The position numbers were made by a program, and so were the translations under genes. A DNA stretch of 62,566 nt from Psammoneis japonica (lineage: Eukaryota). The stretch's first letter is position 1. Every line of letters starts with the position of its first letter. Below the pieces are notes generated by a model that ran no database searches, was not told where the DNA came from, and was given only the letters and a program-made list of their open reading frames with translations. The stretch covers positions 62,001 to 124,566 of the forward strand of contig QPGO01000207.1 in assembly GCA_008632985.1 (NCBI GenBank). Direction: 5' to 3'. This document shows, in pieces, positions 37,923 through 49,109 of the stretch.

Positions 37923-39083
37923 CAAAGGTACCGCATTGAGGATGACCCAAAAGAATTGTACACAGCTAGAGTGCTTAGCACTCATACAACTCCTGAGAAT
38001 CTGTTTATAATATTTGTATATGATGCCGCGAGGGCGGTTTGGGGGGTCGGCAGTCCGTGCCATAGAGACTTTTTGTTGAGCCGTTCCCCTGTGTGATCTT
38101 GCCATGCCAAATGAAAATATATCGGCTTTTAAACGACCTAGAATCCATAATAGAATTGTGTTACGCTATTAGCATGTTGTTTCATTTCTACCGGGGACCG
38201 TGTGAATAAAGCAGAACTTTTCGGTTGACGATGCGCATTTTGTTTTGGTTCCTCGTTAAAATCGATAAGGAAGCGGCTCTAACACGAAACTACATACAAA
38301 CAAGCTTAGGGCCCTCTACTCTAGAGAGAGTAGGGCCCCACTCTACTCTAGAGTAGAGCTATGTTAAAGTAGAGTAGAGGAGTCTCTAGGGGCTAGGGGC
38401 CCTGCCGTAGCCCTACTTGCTTGTCGTTTCCCTTCGCTTCGAGTCTCCTGGCCGGCCACGTCACCGGATTATGACATCATCATGACGTCTACACGACTGT
38501 CGCCAGGTAGGTACAGTACATAGACTCTCTGTGCGGCTAGCGCCGCCCGTCTCGTTTGTTCTCCTGCAGCTCTCTAGTTAACTGGTGAGGTGCAGTTGTG
38601 GTTCTAAGTTGATGGACTGGAATGGCTTTACCAGCGGATGCGCAAGCCTCATTCCCAAAACCCAAGCTGGAACGGCAGGGCCAGAGGGCGGGAGAGGTGG
38701 GAGTGTTGAAAAACTGTCTTGCGGCTGTTGCTCTTGGCTGCTCTTCGGAAGAATGAGAGGAGCGAGTGGAAGAGCAAATGGCCGTTGCTCTGGTCTTGCG
38801 AAAGCGCGTTCAAATTGTCAAATGGCTAAAAATGACCCAACAGACAAAAACGGGCAACAACGGTCAGGCGTGGGTCATTTCGCTTCGTCGAACGTCGTGA
38901 GGTTGGCGGCCAGCGCCGCCCGTCTCGTTTGTTCTCCTGCAGCTCTCTGGTCAACTGGTGAGGTGCAGTTGTGGTTCTAAGTTGATGGACTGGAATGGCT
39001 TTGCTAGCGGATGTGCAAGCCTCATTCCCAAAACCCAAGCTGGGGCGGCAGGGCCTTCCAGCGCCACCCACAGTGCCACGCAC

Positions 39084-40322
39084 TCAAGGGCATGCACCAT
39101 TGGGAGGGTGGGTGGGTGAGGCTGGAGGGCTGTGGGAGATCCAGTCCTGGGGATCTTGAGGATTCATGGGGACGTCGGCATGCAGGTGGAGGACGAAGTC
39201 ACCACCAGCAAGCATGTCACGAGCAAAGTTGCGCATGACGGGTTCGGCTTGCAGGTGAAGGTGGCGCAACATTTCGTCAGATCGCCAACGGCCCAAGAGC
39301 CGGATGAGGCTGGCATTGACATTGGCACAGAGAAGCGCCATGGCGCCAGCGGCATGAAGACAGTGAGCAGTGACATCTTGGGTGTTGAATCCGAGATTTG
39401 CCGGACCACAAGCAATTGCAGCAGTGCGCAGTGCGCCAGTGACATCGGCAGGTGACACACGTCGCCAGGTGCCATTTTGGAAACAGACGCCCAGAGGGGT
39501 GTCGGGGAGCACGCCATGCATCCAAAGATGCTGGACGTGACGGACGAGTGCCTTGGTTGGGCACAGGTTGGGGTGCCCCGAAAGGCCGAGTCCCAAAACT
39601 TCTCCGCAGATGCCATTCTTTTGTGTTGTGAAGGTCAGAGTGGCGAATGTGGCAGCATCAAGCTGAGCATCGGGGGCTTGGAAGGTGTCGAGACAGACGT
39701 TTCCAGATGCCAGGCGGACATTGGCAAGACGGAATGGTGCAGTGTCGGATGGGGCAGCGGCATGTTCGCCAGGGCGCAGCAAATGAAAGAAGGCAATGGC
39801 AATCATGTCGGCAATGGCTTTGGTGCCGGGATCATTGCTGTTGGCTGCAGCATGCACAATCCAGGTGAGGACTGCGACGGGGACCGGTTTGACGTGGTCG
39901 GGCGGTGGATCCTCTTTCTTGTAGAAACGGACTTGGAGGGTGAGGCGGAAATCCATGCCGCCTTGGGGTGTGTGGCGAGGGTCCGAGGACCCCATGGCAG
40001 TGAACGTTTGGCCAACCGACCGCACGGCATCCTCAGCAGTTCGTCCACGGACGGGATTGCCGTGCGGGGCAATGGCTCCTGTTCGGCATCGGTGGAGGAA
40101 GACTTGCAAGAAGACAACGGGGTCGTCGACATCTTGGAGCAAAGGGTCGAGGGCCACAGTGGTGCAGAACTCTCGCCATTTGTCCCAATGGGTGTTGGTG
40201 GCGGAGGCGCGCGAATCGGTGACACCGTGGGTGACGGCATGCTGAGCAGCGTTGAGGTCACGAAGGAATTCAGCTCGGGTGGTGGTGTCCAAAGGCGCCA
40301 GGAGAGTTGCTGTGGATGACAA
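39084..40322 (-). pseudogene. Tyrosine recombinase of the Ngaro-type element, catalytic Tyr replaced by His
   Basis: LLRPGEH, FTTQKNG, LCPTKAL, AHCLHAAGA and LGRWRSDEMLRHLH, where family consensus is GRW.SD...Y. Confidence 0.88.
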
Positions 40323-41870
40323 CGATCAAAATGGGTCAAAAATTGTTTGTCAGTGAGAGACTGGAGGCGAGATGCGTCATCAGCGGCAGAGTTGAGGCAT
40401 CCGGGCCAGCAATCATGGAGTCCAAGATGGCGGCGATGGCTTTGATGGAAAGCTTGGTGCTGGAGAAGCTTGGAGGCGGGCTTGATCATTGCAGCCGATC
40501 CTTTGCATTGCCAACACATTGTGCCTGAATTGTCAGTGCGGGACAGGACAGTGTGCTCACGGATGTCGAAACACTCGGCAGCGGCGTGAGATTGCATGAC
40601 GCTGCCTGCGAGTTCGAGGTTGGTGTCAGTGATGGGACCTCTGGGGTTGGTGTGCGTGGCCAGGCGGGATGTGACGCACTTCGGAAAGGGAAGTCGCCAC
40701 ACCACGGGGCCTGCATCACGTTGAGTGCAGTGGCGGCCGTCACTGAAGCAGAGGGTGGTGGCGCGTGGGACGGCAGTGTTGGTGGGGAGAAGCACGCCGC
40801 CGGCGCCGTGGCCTGCTGCATCATGGCAGCCTGTGAGAGTTGGTTGCAACGGAACCAATTCTTGAATGCGAACGGGTCACGAGTCGAGGGCAGCTTCGAG
40901 CGCGCGAAAGTCGTCCAGTGCCAAGTGGGCATTTTGAGCAAGGCAGACTCGAGAGTCTGGTGTGGTGTGTCGGAGGTTCTCCTGAAGTTCTGAGTGCAAA
41001 CCGCACGAACCTGGGATGGCAATGCCAAGGGAGCGCAGTTCGCCTGGAAGCTTCTGACACTCGGCAGCGGTGGCACGCTTTCTGGCACGAGGAAAGTCCT
41101 TGCACAGCGTGCCGACGTGGCGTGAGACGGATGGTCATTGATTGTGTGTCAATGAGCCAGCCCAGCACTTCTTTCTGTGTGGACCAGGTGGCGTCACCCT
41201 TGTGGAGCTTCTTGACAGAGGCTGGTTCCTTGCGGGTGGCTGGATCCTGGGAATCGAGTGGACGGAAGATGTCGTCTAAGGCATGCAGAATGACTCAATG
41301 TGCATTCCGGCGGGACCGTCGTGAGCCTTGCGAGGCTCCAATGAAGTCGTCCACATAAATTTCGACGCATTGGAGACGACGACGGCGGTGTCGCCTGAGA
41401 TGTGGGTCGTGTGCCTGTGGCACTGGCACAGCTTGCGTGGTGCCGTTGCCTGGTGGTGGTTGGTGTGTCGGCGGCCTGCTGTTGAGCAATCGTTCCAGTG
41501 GGTGTGCTGGAGCCTTCACGTTGCGCATGAGGTCCAGGTTGGCCATGTTCGCTGCAGTTTCGGTGGCAGTGCAGAACACAGGCGGCGAGTTGGCCCATGC
41601 CATGGGCAGACGTGCAGGAAAGGCAACTGGGGGTGGTTCGCCTGGCAAGCGTGGGAAAACAACTCCCAGAATGAGTGCTTGGTCCGGGGCAAGTTGCACG
41701 CAACAGTGGCCGTCTGCAAGATCGATCTTCATGAGGCAGATCTTGCCTTTCCGCGGGTTGGCCAACAGGATGCGACGCAACAATCTGTCCAGGGCTCGAC
41801 CAAATTGCATGGCTTCCATTGTGGCGTTCGGTTGTGTCGAAGGATTGACGCCATGGAACGTGTCACTTGA
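39803..41870 (-). pseudogene. RT/RNase H region of the Ngaro-type element (interrupted; overlaps the YR ORF)
   Basis: GVN..EAMQFGRAL, KIDLADG, YVDDF, LGWLIDT, GCHDAAGHGAGG and NSAADDASR, spread over several frames. Confidence 0.85.
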
Positions 41871-42059
41871 AATGTGCTCACCCAATTTATCATTGTAAAT
41901 GGTGGCAGCCACATCCTGTCCACGTGCAGCAGGGCGGGTGCGCTGCCGTTTCGAACTCTCCACAGTCGGGGGTTGTGGATGCGCCGGCCGCTTGGCCGAT
42001 GCGAGAATGGGCTCTTGGCGCCAAGTCCCCGAACTTGGGCCATTGCCGAAGACCCATTC

Positions 42060-44300
42060 GGTCTTCCAATGTTCCTCGCCCCAAGTGAGGAAGCGCTGCT
42101 GCTCCTCCTCGGTGTGGTCATTGTGATGGTCACAGCTTGAGCCGCAGTTGGAGTTGCACTGACCCTCAATGTGGCAGGGGTTGCAATGGACGTGCCCTTG
42201 ATCGTCCTTTGGGAGCTCGACGTTGTCTCGGGCACATCGATTTTTGACGTCCCATGACCGCACATTGGGACGATCACGCAACCTCGTGAAGCGCGAGTCG
42301 CAGGCCGGGTTGCAAACGATGCTGTTGGTGCCCGCTCGCACGGCGTCGCCCGACCCTGTGACAGGAGCGGGGGGTGCTCCGGACCTGGGAGCAGGCGTGA
42401 CAGAGCTCGTGGCCTGCACCGAAGGTGGGAGGCTGAAGCGCCAAAACATGGCACCCTTGGCCGCTTCGTGCACAATGTTGTGTGCCGTGAAAGGCACTTC
42501 CTGGTGCGTGGTGGCTTGAGATAGAAACCAGTGGCACACTTCTACCTGGGCATGGCGTTGTAGATCCACAGGGAGCATCGGATGCAAGGTGTGCTGGCAC
42601 ATGAGCTCGTTGGCATGCTGATCCATGTTGGTGCGCTGAAGGGTGAGCCACTGCACGACGGGGTGCTGGTCTCCAAGGGTGGCCGAGAGGATGAGACGGC
42701 AACCGTCGTGGGATTGCTGTGCTGCTTGCACAGTGGTCGCGATGAGTGCCTTGTCAGGCGCTTCCAGGAGCTGTGTGTCTTGGAGGGACGGAACACCGGC
42801 ACCTCCGTGTGTCTGTGCGTACATTGCATTGCGATGCGCGATCTGTTTGGCTGCTTGTGGAGCAGTGAGCCCGAACAAAAATGGGTTGATGCCTTGTGTC
42901 GGCTCCTCCTGATTGTGGCCGGTGAAATCGAGTTGTGCCAGCTTGGTGACAAGACTGATGGTCGCTGGGAGGTCGAAATGCACTTGCAAGGCTTGACGCT
43001 GCTTGTCAATGGAATTTTGAATGACAGCGAGGCATCCCGTCTTTGGTGCTGCGGCAAGTGCTGGCCAGAAAGGCGGGAGTGCGGCCTCGTTGTAAACCTG
43101 GCACCAGCGCAATAACTCAGTGACACCAAAGACGCCCCAAAACTCCGCGGGCATCTTTCCTCGGCTGGCAGCATTGCGCCTGGCCTCTTCGTCCAACCGC
43201 TGTTGCCGTTGCTCGGTGGTGAGGCCTTCGATGGCGGCAACAACGGGCTGAAAGTGCTGCGCTGGTACTTGAGTGCCGGCGTTGCGACCCGGCAGATCTC
43301 GCTCGACCTTGTGATCAAAAAAGTTCATCAGAGCATCGTTGGGCGGCCGTGTCATGGCAGGCCAAGGCTGAGCCACGGCGGATTGGAGCTGTGCATTTGC
43401 TGTGGCACAGCATGCGACTCTTAAAAAGTCTAGAAGCGGCGCCAAGGCCGAGACTTTATTTGCTGCTGCAGCTGCCCCGTGGAGCCTTGTGTAAGCGGCT
43501 TTCGGGCTAAGCGGTGTAGGCAAGAACAGGCGAACGAACTCGAAAGGGACGTACATGGCGTTGCGCGTCCTCACTTCTTCGGCGTCTTGTGCATTGGCCT
43601 GCACATGAGGATGCAAGCCATTCGGAGCAGCCGTGATGTGCGTGCGCAGGGCGTTGTGCGTGGGCACCCACGTGCCTTGGTCAGCTAAAGCAAACGCGTC
43701 GTCTGCAAACTCGACGAGGGTGAACTGTCCCCGTGTCAAATCGCCAGCGATGGCGAAGGTGGCGTTGTCCCAAGGCTGTGCGGGGCCCACCACGGTGGTG
43801 GGGCACGCAGACACGCGGTGCAAAAGCTGCACTTGCCCCTCGTCCACCGCGCCTTGCGCCCGACAATGAATGACAATCACCATTGGAAGGTCGTGGCTTG
43901 AGGCGGCTGCCACTCTGTCGTGCAAAGCCCCGGGATTGTGCCGTGAGGCACCCTGAACCGGTGCCGCAAAGTCCAACATGGCTTCGGTGTACTCCCCACG
44001 ATGCGGATCCTTGGAATCCATCGCGCAGCAGTCTTGGCAAGTCCGAAGCACGGGTGGAGCCAGAGGTGTGACCGGAACTCTGGCTGGTTGCAGCGGTTGT
44101 GGTTGACCCCCTCCAGCAAAATGAACACCTGGGCCGGCTGGTGGCACCGGTGCTTGCAGCGGCTGCGCTGGTGCTTGAAATGGTTGCTGAGCCACTGCAT
44201 TCACAGCCGCCCCATTCTGAACTCCTTGTGCCGCAGCTGCTCCTTGTGCTGCTGCGGCTCCTTGCGCCGCTGCGGCTCCTGGTGGTTGATTCATGACACG
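42060..44300 (-). pseudogene. Gag-like ORF of the Ngaro-type element with N-terminal AAAAQG repeats and a C-terminal Cys/His finger
   Basis: Long Ala/Pro/Gln-rich frame; CNPCHIEGQCNSNCGSSCDH near 42180-42120; 18-bp repeats at ~44224-44283. Confidence 0.7.
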
Positions 44301-45559
44301 AGAAAGAAAAAGCTCTTCCTGCGAACAATGAACAACAATGGCGGACGGTGTCCTGCGCTGAATCGACAGCATTGAAAAACTGTCTTACGGCTGTTGCTCT
44401 TGGTTGCTCTTTGGAAGAATGAGAGGAGCAAGTGGAAGAGCAAATGGCCGTTGCTCTGGTCTTGCGAAAGCGCGTTCAAATTGTCAAACGGCCAAAAATG
44501 ACCCAACAGTCAAAAACGGGCAATGATGGTCAGGCGTGGGTCATTTCGCTTCGTCGAACGTCGCGAGGTTGGCACTTTAGAGAGAGAGGCGAAGGCGCCT
44601 GCTCGACTCACAACACTGCTCTCTACAGCAGCCACTGCTGGTGGCAGCAGCAGTGGCTGCCACTCCAGCTAGCAGCAGTGGCTGCCACTCTAGCCAGCAG
44701 CAGTGGCAGCAGCTCTCTCTCTATTGGCAGCTGCTCTCTCTGCTGCAGAGAGTGCCAGCAGAGTGGGGCCATGCTGTGCCAGACTGGGGCCCTCTCTGTG
44801 CTCTGCTCTCTGCTGCCGCTCTGGACTGGCAGGAGCAGAGAGGAGCACTGTGGCAGTGGTGCCCTCCAGCTCCACAAGCAAAAAAGGTCTGTCAGTTAAA
44901 AATGGCTGCTCTGCAGAAGCGGGTTTCAATGTGATTTTTTGGTTTGGTTTCTCTTTTGCTTCAGTGCATTCTTGTTTTTGACTGACTTCCTGTGTTGACC
45001 CCACACTTTCAAGTTGTGCTGGTTGATGCTCCATTGTGTTGATCTCGGGTGCTGTCATTGCGAGCACCACAAGGTGGAACATTTTTGCCACAACTGGCGG
45101 ACCAGTTTCTTGTGAAACTCCACACATGTGGATGTGCCAGAGGGAAAGAAACAGAGCTTTGTCTTGGCATGACCACCGTGATGCATGGGCATGGTGTGTT
45201 CAATCATTTCATTGGGTTGTGCTTTCTCTCAGCATTTGGCATGCTGCATGAACAAGGCATGGCCACATTTGCAGCTCTTGTTGACTGTGTTGTGCTGCCA
45301 GTCTCAACACTTCATGTGTCAAGTGTTAGAGCAATGCACCTGAATTTGGAGTGCACAGACACTCAGCTGTGTGTTGAGTTTGTTTGTGACATCAATCTTG
45401 CAAAGATTTGTCATTTTCCAACAAAGGTTTTTTTTGCTGTGGCAATGTGTCAGATGCGCTGGGTGATGGCTTGACAATGAGCTGATCATTTCACACTGTG
45501 GCTTCATCAGACCATCAGCGTTCTGATTGCATCTCTGGTGTGACCATTGCACAAAGCTA

Positions 45560-47000
45560 AAAAGTGAGCATGGCACCCATCTTCATGGTGAGGTGTGAAC
45601 TGGGTTCACCATGTCACCAACAATCGTCACAGCGTCCCTTTTTTCACTTCAACATTGTCTTTGTGTGCTCCAAAAACTGCGCTGGACCCCAACGTTCCAA
45701 CACACTCCTTTGCATGCGCCATCAATTGATTGGCCTTGTGTGCACCAAGAACCAAAGGAGGACAACAGTTGGACACCATGCCGCCCAATGCCATGATGAC
45801 TGCTTCACCCAGACCCACCATGACTCACTTCATTTGACTGCACCAACAAATGACCACAGTCATCATTGAGCAAAGGACAGCCCTTCTTCACAATGTGCCA
45901 ACCTTGTCACATTTCCAGCATTTGACCTGCTTCTTCCCATGTTGTGCAAAGCTTGTTCCCTCAAGTTTCTTGTTGGTCCTGTGTGTGCACAACATCTGTT
46001 GCAGTGCCTCCTCAGCCAAATTTGGGCACCTGTCAAACCCCAGCAGTGCAAACTGCTGGTGCAGGTCCTTCAAGATGTGCCAAAAAATTTTTGTGCCTTC
46101 CATGAGCAGCACTGCCAACAACTTGTTCCTCTCTTTTTTCTGGGTGTGTCTTCAGAATCTTTGCTGCTGAACCCATCATGTTTCTTGGCAACTTTTTCTA
46201 GGACAACCCTGCTGCAGGACCCTTCCACCATCTCAACAATGCTCACGAAGTGACCACAACAATCTTGAAGCACCCCTTGCTTCTTTGTCCTGGTGATGAA
46301 TGAGCATCAACTGCTTCCAAGCTTTGGCAGCCTGAAAATGCAAGCAGATGCCCTTGTTTGCATTGAACAAGATCAACTTGGGAATTTTCAACAAGGCCAC
46401 CACTGTGCTCCACTCCTTTGCAACCCTCACAAACTCTGTCACTCCTTCAACCTTGTGATGGACTGCCTTTGTCATGCACTGCCTCACAATTGCATCAAAT
46501 GAATTCACCTTCTGCATCTTGCAGATTGCACCCTGTTTCACGCGGCAATTGCACGGCTTTCCCCACATTGCCTTGTCCTTCTCCCAATGCAGTTTTGCCA
46601 GATGGACACCACCCCAGCTGCTCTGGTTTGTTCTCCCATCTCAAAGACACCAGCACCTGCATCTCTGGCCAGAACTCTCTTCCAACATGCTCACCAGTTC
46701 TCCTTGCAGCAGTCTCTGTGCATCTGTTTGCCTGTTGACCAGCCCAACTCAGCAATGGCATCATGCACCCACTCTGCTTCAAATCGTTTGTGCTTCTGCA
46801 CTCGGTTGCATCCTCACCCATGTTGATGTTTCTCCCTGTCTGACACAACTTTGCTGCACCCTCTTTCAGCAGACCCTCACAGCTTCCTCACAGCAAGGTT
46901 CTCCAGAGACTGTCTCTTTGCTCACTTTGTCCAGCCAGCTCATTTGCCACAATCCACTGACACAAATCACACCTTTAGATGCTCAATGACTTCCCACTCA
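45560..47000 (-). mobile_element. Highly degenerate Copia-like gag relic
   Basis: AIVRQC.TKAV..KVEG..EF, LLKI.K.ILF, LKDLHQQFALG.DRCP and a zinc-knuckle-like CWKCDKVG. A diverged ~120-bp repeat links ~45555-45670 and ~47130-47240. Confidence 0.55.
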
Positions 47001-49109
47001 GTTTGGCTTCTGTGTTGGAATTTCACAGCTTGCTGACTGTTCTGCTTTAGTCGTGCCAATCCCCAGACTTGCCATGTGGATCACAAACACTGCTCCACTC
47101 TGATTGCCATGTTGTCCTGGTGCAGGCAGAAGCTAAAGAGTGAGCATGAGACCCATCTTGAGTGAGTTGCAAATGTGGATTCACCACATTGTTGACAGCC
47201 GTTTGCATTGCTTTCACTTCAACGTTGTCTGTCTGTGCTGTGAAAACTGTGTCACACCCTGATGTTCAAACAAAAGGTCCTTCTGTTGCCCAAGGGATCA
47301 CAAAAACAACAATCACTCTTCAGTCATGGCATGCTCTGTTGCAGTTTTGTTGCAAGATGCTGTTCTTTGATTGGAGGAGCACTTTTTGTTTGTGTGCAGC
47401 TCATGATGTGGGTTTGTTGTGGACTTGGACATGCCTCACATGCCAGTTGCCTGTGCTGAAAAGCAGCAGCTGCTTGCTGTTTGAGATTTGCTCAAGATCA
47501 TGGCCAACTTTCCTTCTTGAGCAGTGCCACAAAAAAATGCAGCATCACAACATGTGCCAAACTTGGAGTGATGACCCATCAAGCCAAGTCATCACCACAG
47601 GTTGTGGGCTCCAATCCTGAATGTGAATGGTCTGACATTGAAACCCAACGGTTTGGCCTGGGAAATTTTCATTCCCAAACATGAGCAATCTCCCCAGGGA
47701 CCCAACAGTGCCGCAGATGACACAGGGTGGGTTTGGGGAATTTAAAAGACTCAGACTGAGACAACTCAACAGAGCTTGCAATTCACGACGGCGGTCATCA
47801 CAGTGTTGTCAACAACTTCCAAAGTCATTGAGAAATGACAGTTGACTGTCGGCATGCAAAATTGAATTCTTCAAATGTCACACATGCAGCTGGACAAAGA
47901 TCAGTGTGATGTCATCTGATTGTCCGTCTGACCAAAATTCTGCACACCAAAGAGCACACTCCACTTCTGACTCAGAGGACCAACAAACTTTGGCAAAACT
48001 GTGCCATTTCAACTGGCAGCAGAAAAGGGCTGAGAAGTTTCCACATTTTCAAAGTGTGTTGGTCACTTGATTGCTTGCCACAAGAGCCCCAAAACAACAT
48101 GCCTGCAACCATGTTGAGAAAGCTGCCACAATTGGAGAAGCACAGCTGAAGATGATGTGACCAAAATCAATTGTTCTGGTGCCACTCTGCACCTCTGGCC
48201 AGCAACAACACACCAGCAGCAGCAGACCAGCCCACACTCATGGCACACAGAACAGCATGGCAAAACAAGTGACAACAATGGCTGGTCTGTCCTGGTGTCA
48301 CTTTGAGGCACCAACCCAAATGACTGGCAAATTGTTGTCATCATTGCAAGCCAGCTTTCCTTGTTCTTTACATTCAGTGAGCAAGGTTTCTACCCAAATC
48401 ATCATGCAGGTGATCCCTGTCTTGTGCAAAATAATCCCATCACCAGCCTCAAATGGTTGCTGGCCCAGCTTCAGCTGTCTGGTGCTGCTTGGCTCCTGAT
48501 TCTGGTGCACACAAGCACTGTTGCCATGGTTTGCCTTGTCCATCATGTTTGCCCCACAGCTCACTCCAAGCACCCCAAACAATGTGCATGTCAATCTGCT
48601 CACTCCAAGCACTCTTAATGTGCACGTCAATCTGACCTGTCCATCCTGCTGGTTTCTGTGTGTTTTCAAAGACTTGCACTGGTGCCAAGACCAGCCTGGT
48701 GCACAAAAGCATCATGAAGAAGCAGGAGGGCATTCAACAGCAAAGCAATCATTTAAAAATGCTTGCTGCTGTCCAGTGTTGTCCTCCTGAGAGTTTGCCA
48801 TGTGCCAGAGGCTGGGAGACACAATGTGACAAGCAGCCATGATGCAGCACTTTTCAATCCTGTTGGACAAAAGCAGATCTCTTGATGACAGCAAAGCACT
48901 CAATTTGTGTGGGAAAGTCCTGCTCAACCTTCTGCTGTTGTGCAAGCATCAAAGAACACAATGAGCCACAGCCTGCTGGTGAGCAATTTGTTGTTTGTTG
49001 GAAAAATGCCACACTCCAGCTTTGCCATGGCAACCAGTTGTTTGCACATGATCCGGTGCCCTTGTCAGAGCCACACATGCCCACCATTTAATTTGATGGC
49101 TCACATTGT

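Larger units (their letters stand above)
38533..44573 (-). mobile_element. Tyrosine-recombinase retrotransposon with split direct repeats (Ngaro/PAT architecture A1-ORFs-B1-A2-B2)
   Basis: A1 44573-44372, B1 39055-38906, A2 38907-38706, B2 38682-38533. Contains a gag-like ORF with a Cys/His finger, RT (KIDLADG, RLPMAW..SP, IYVDDF), RNase H (DAAG.GAGG, ELAG, TDN, ADDASR) and a tyrosine recombinase. Confidence 0.92.

Noticed and set aside
38533..39055. Repeat-spacer-repeat pattern as a CRISPR-like array
   Set aside because: The repeats are 150-200 bp and match the split direct repeats of a YR retrotransposon. No cas genes, and the context is eukaryotic.
48562..48635. Short two-copy tandem repeats (also 29041-29087)
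   Set aside because: Ordinary local duplications within degenerate DNA with no further structure.
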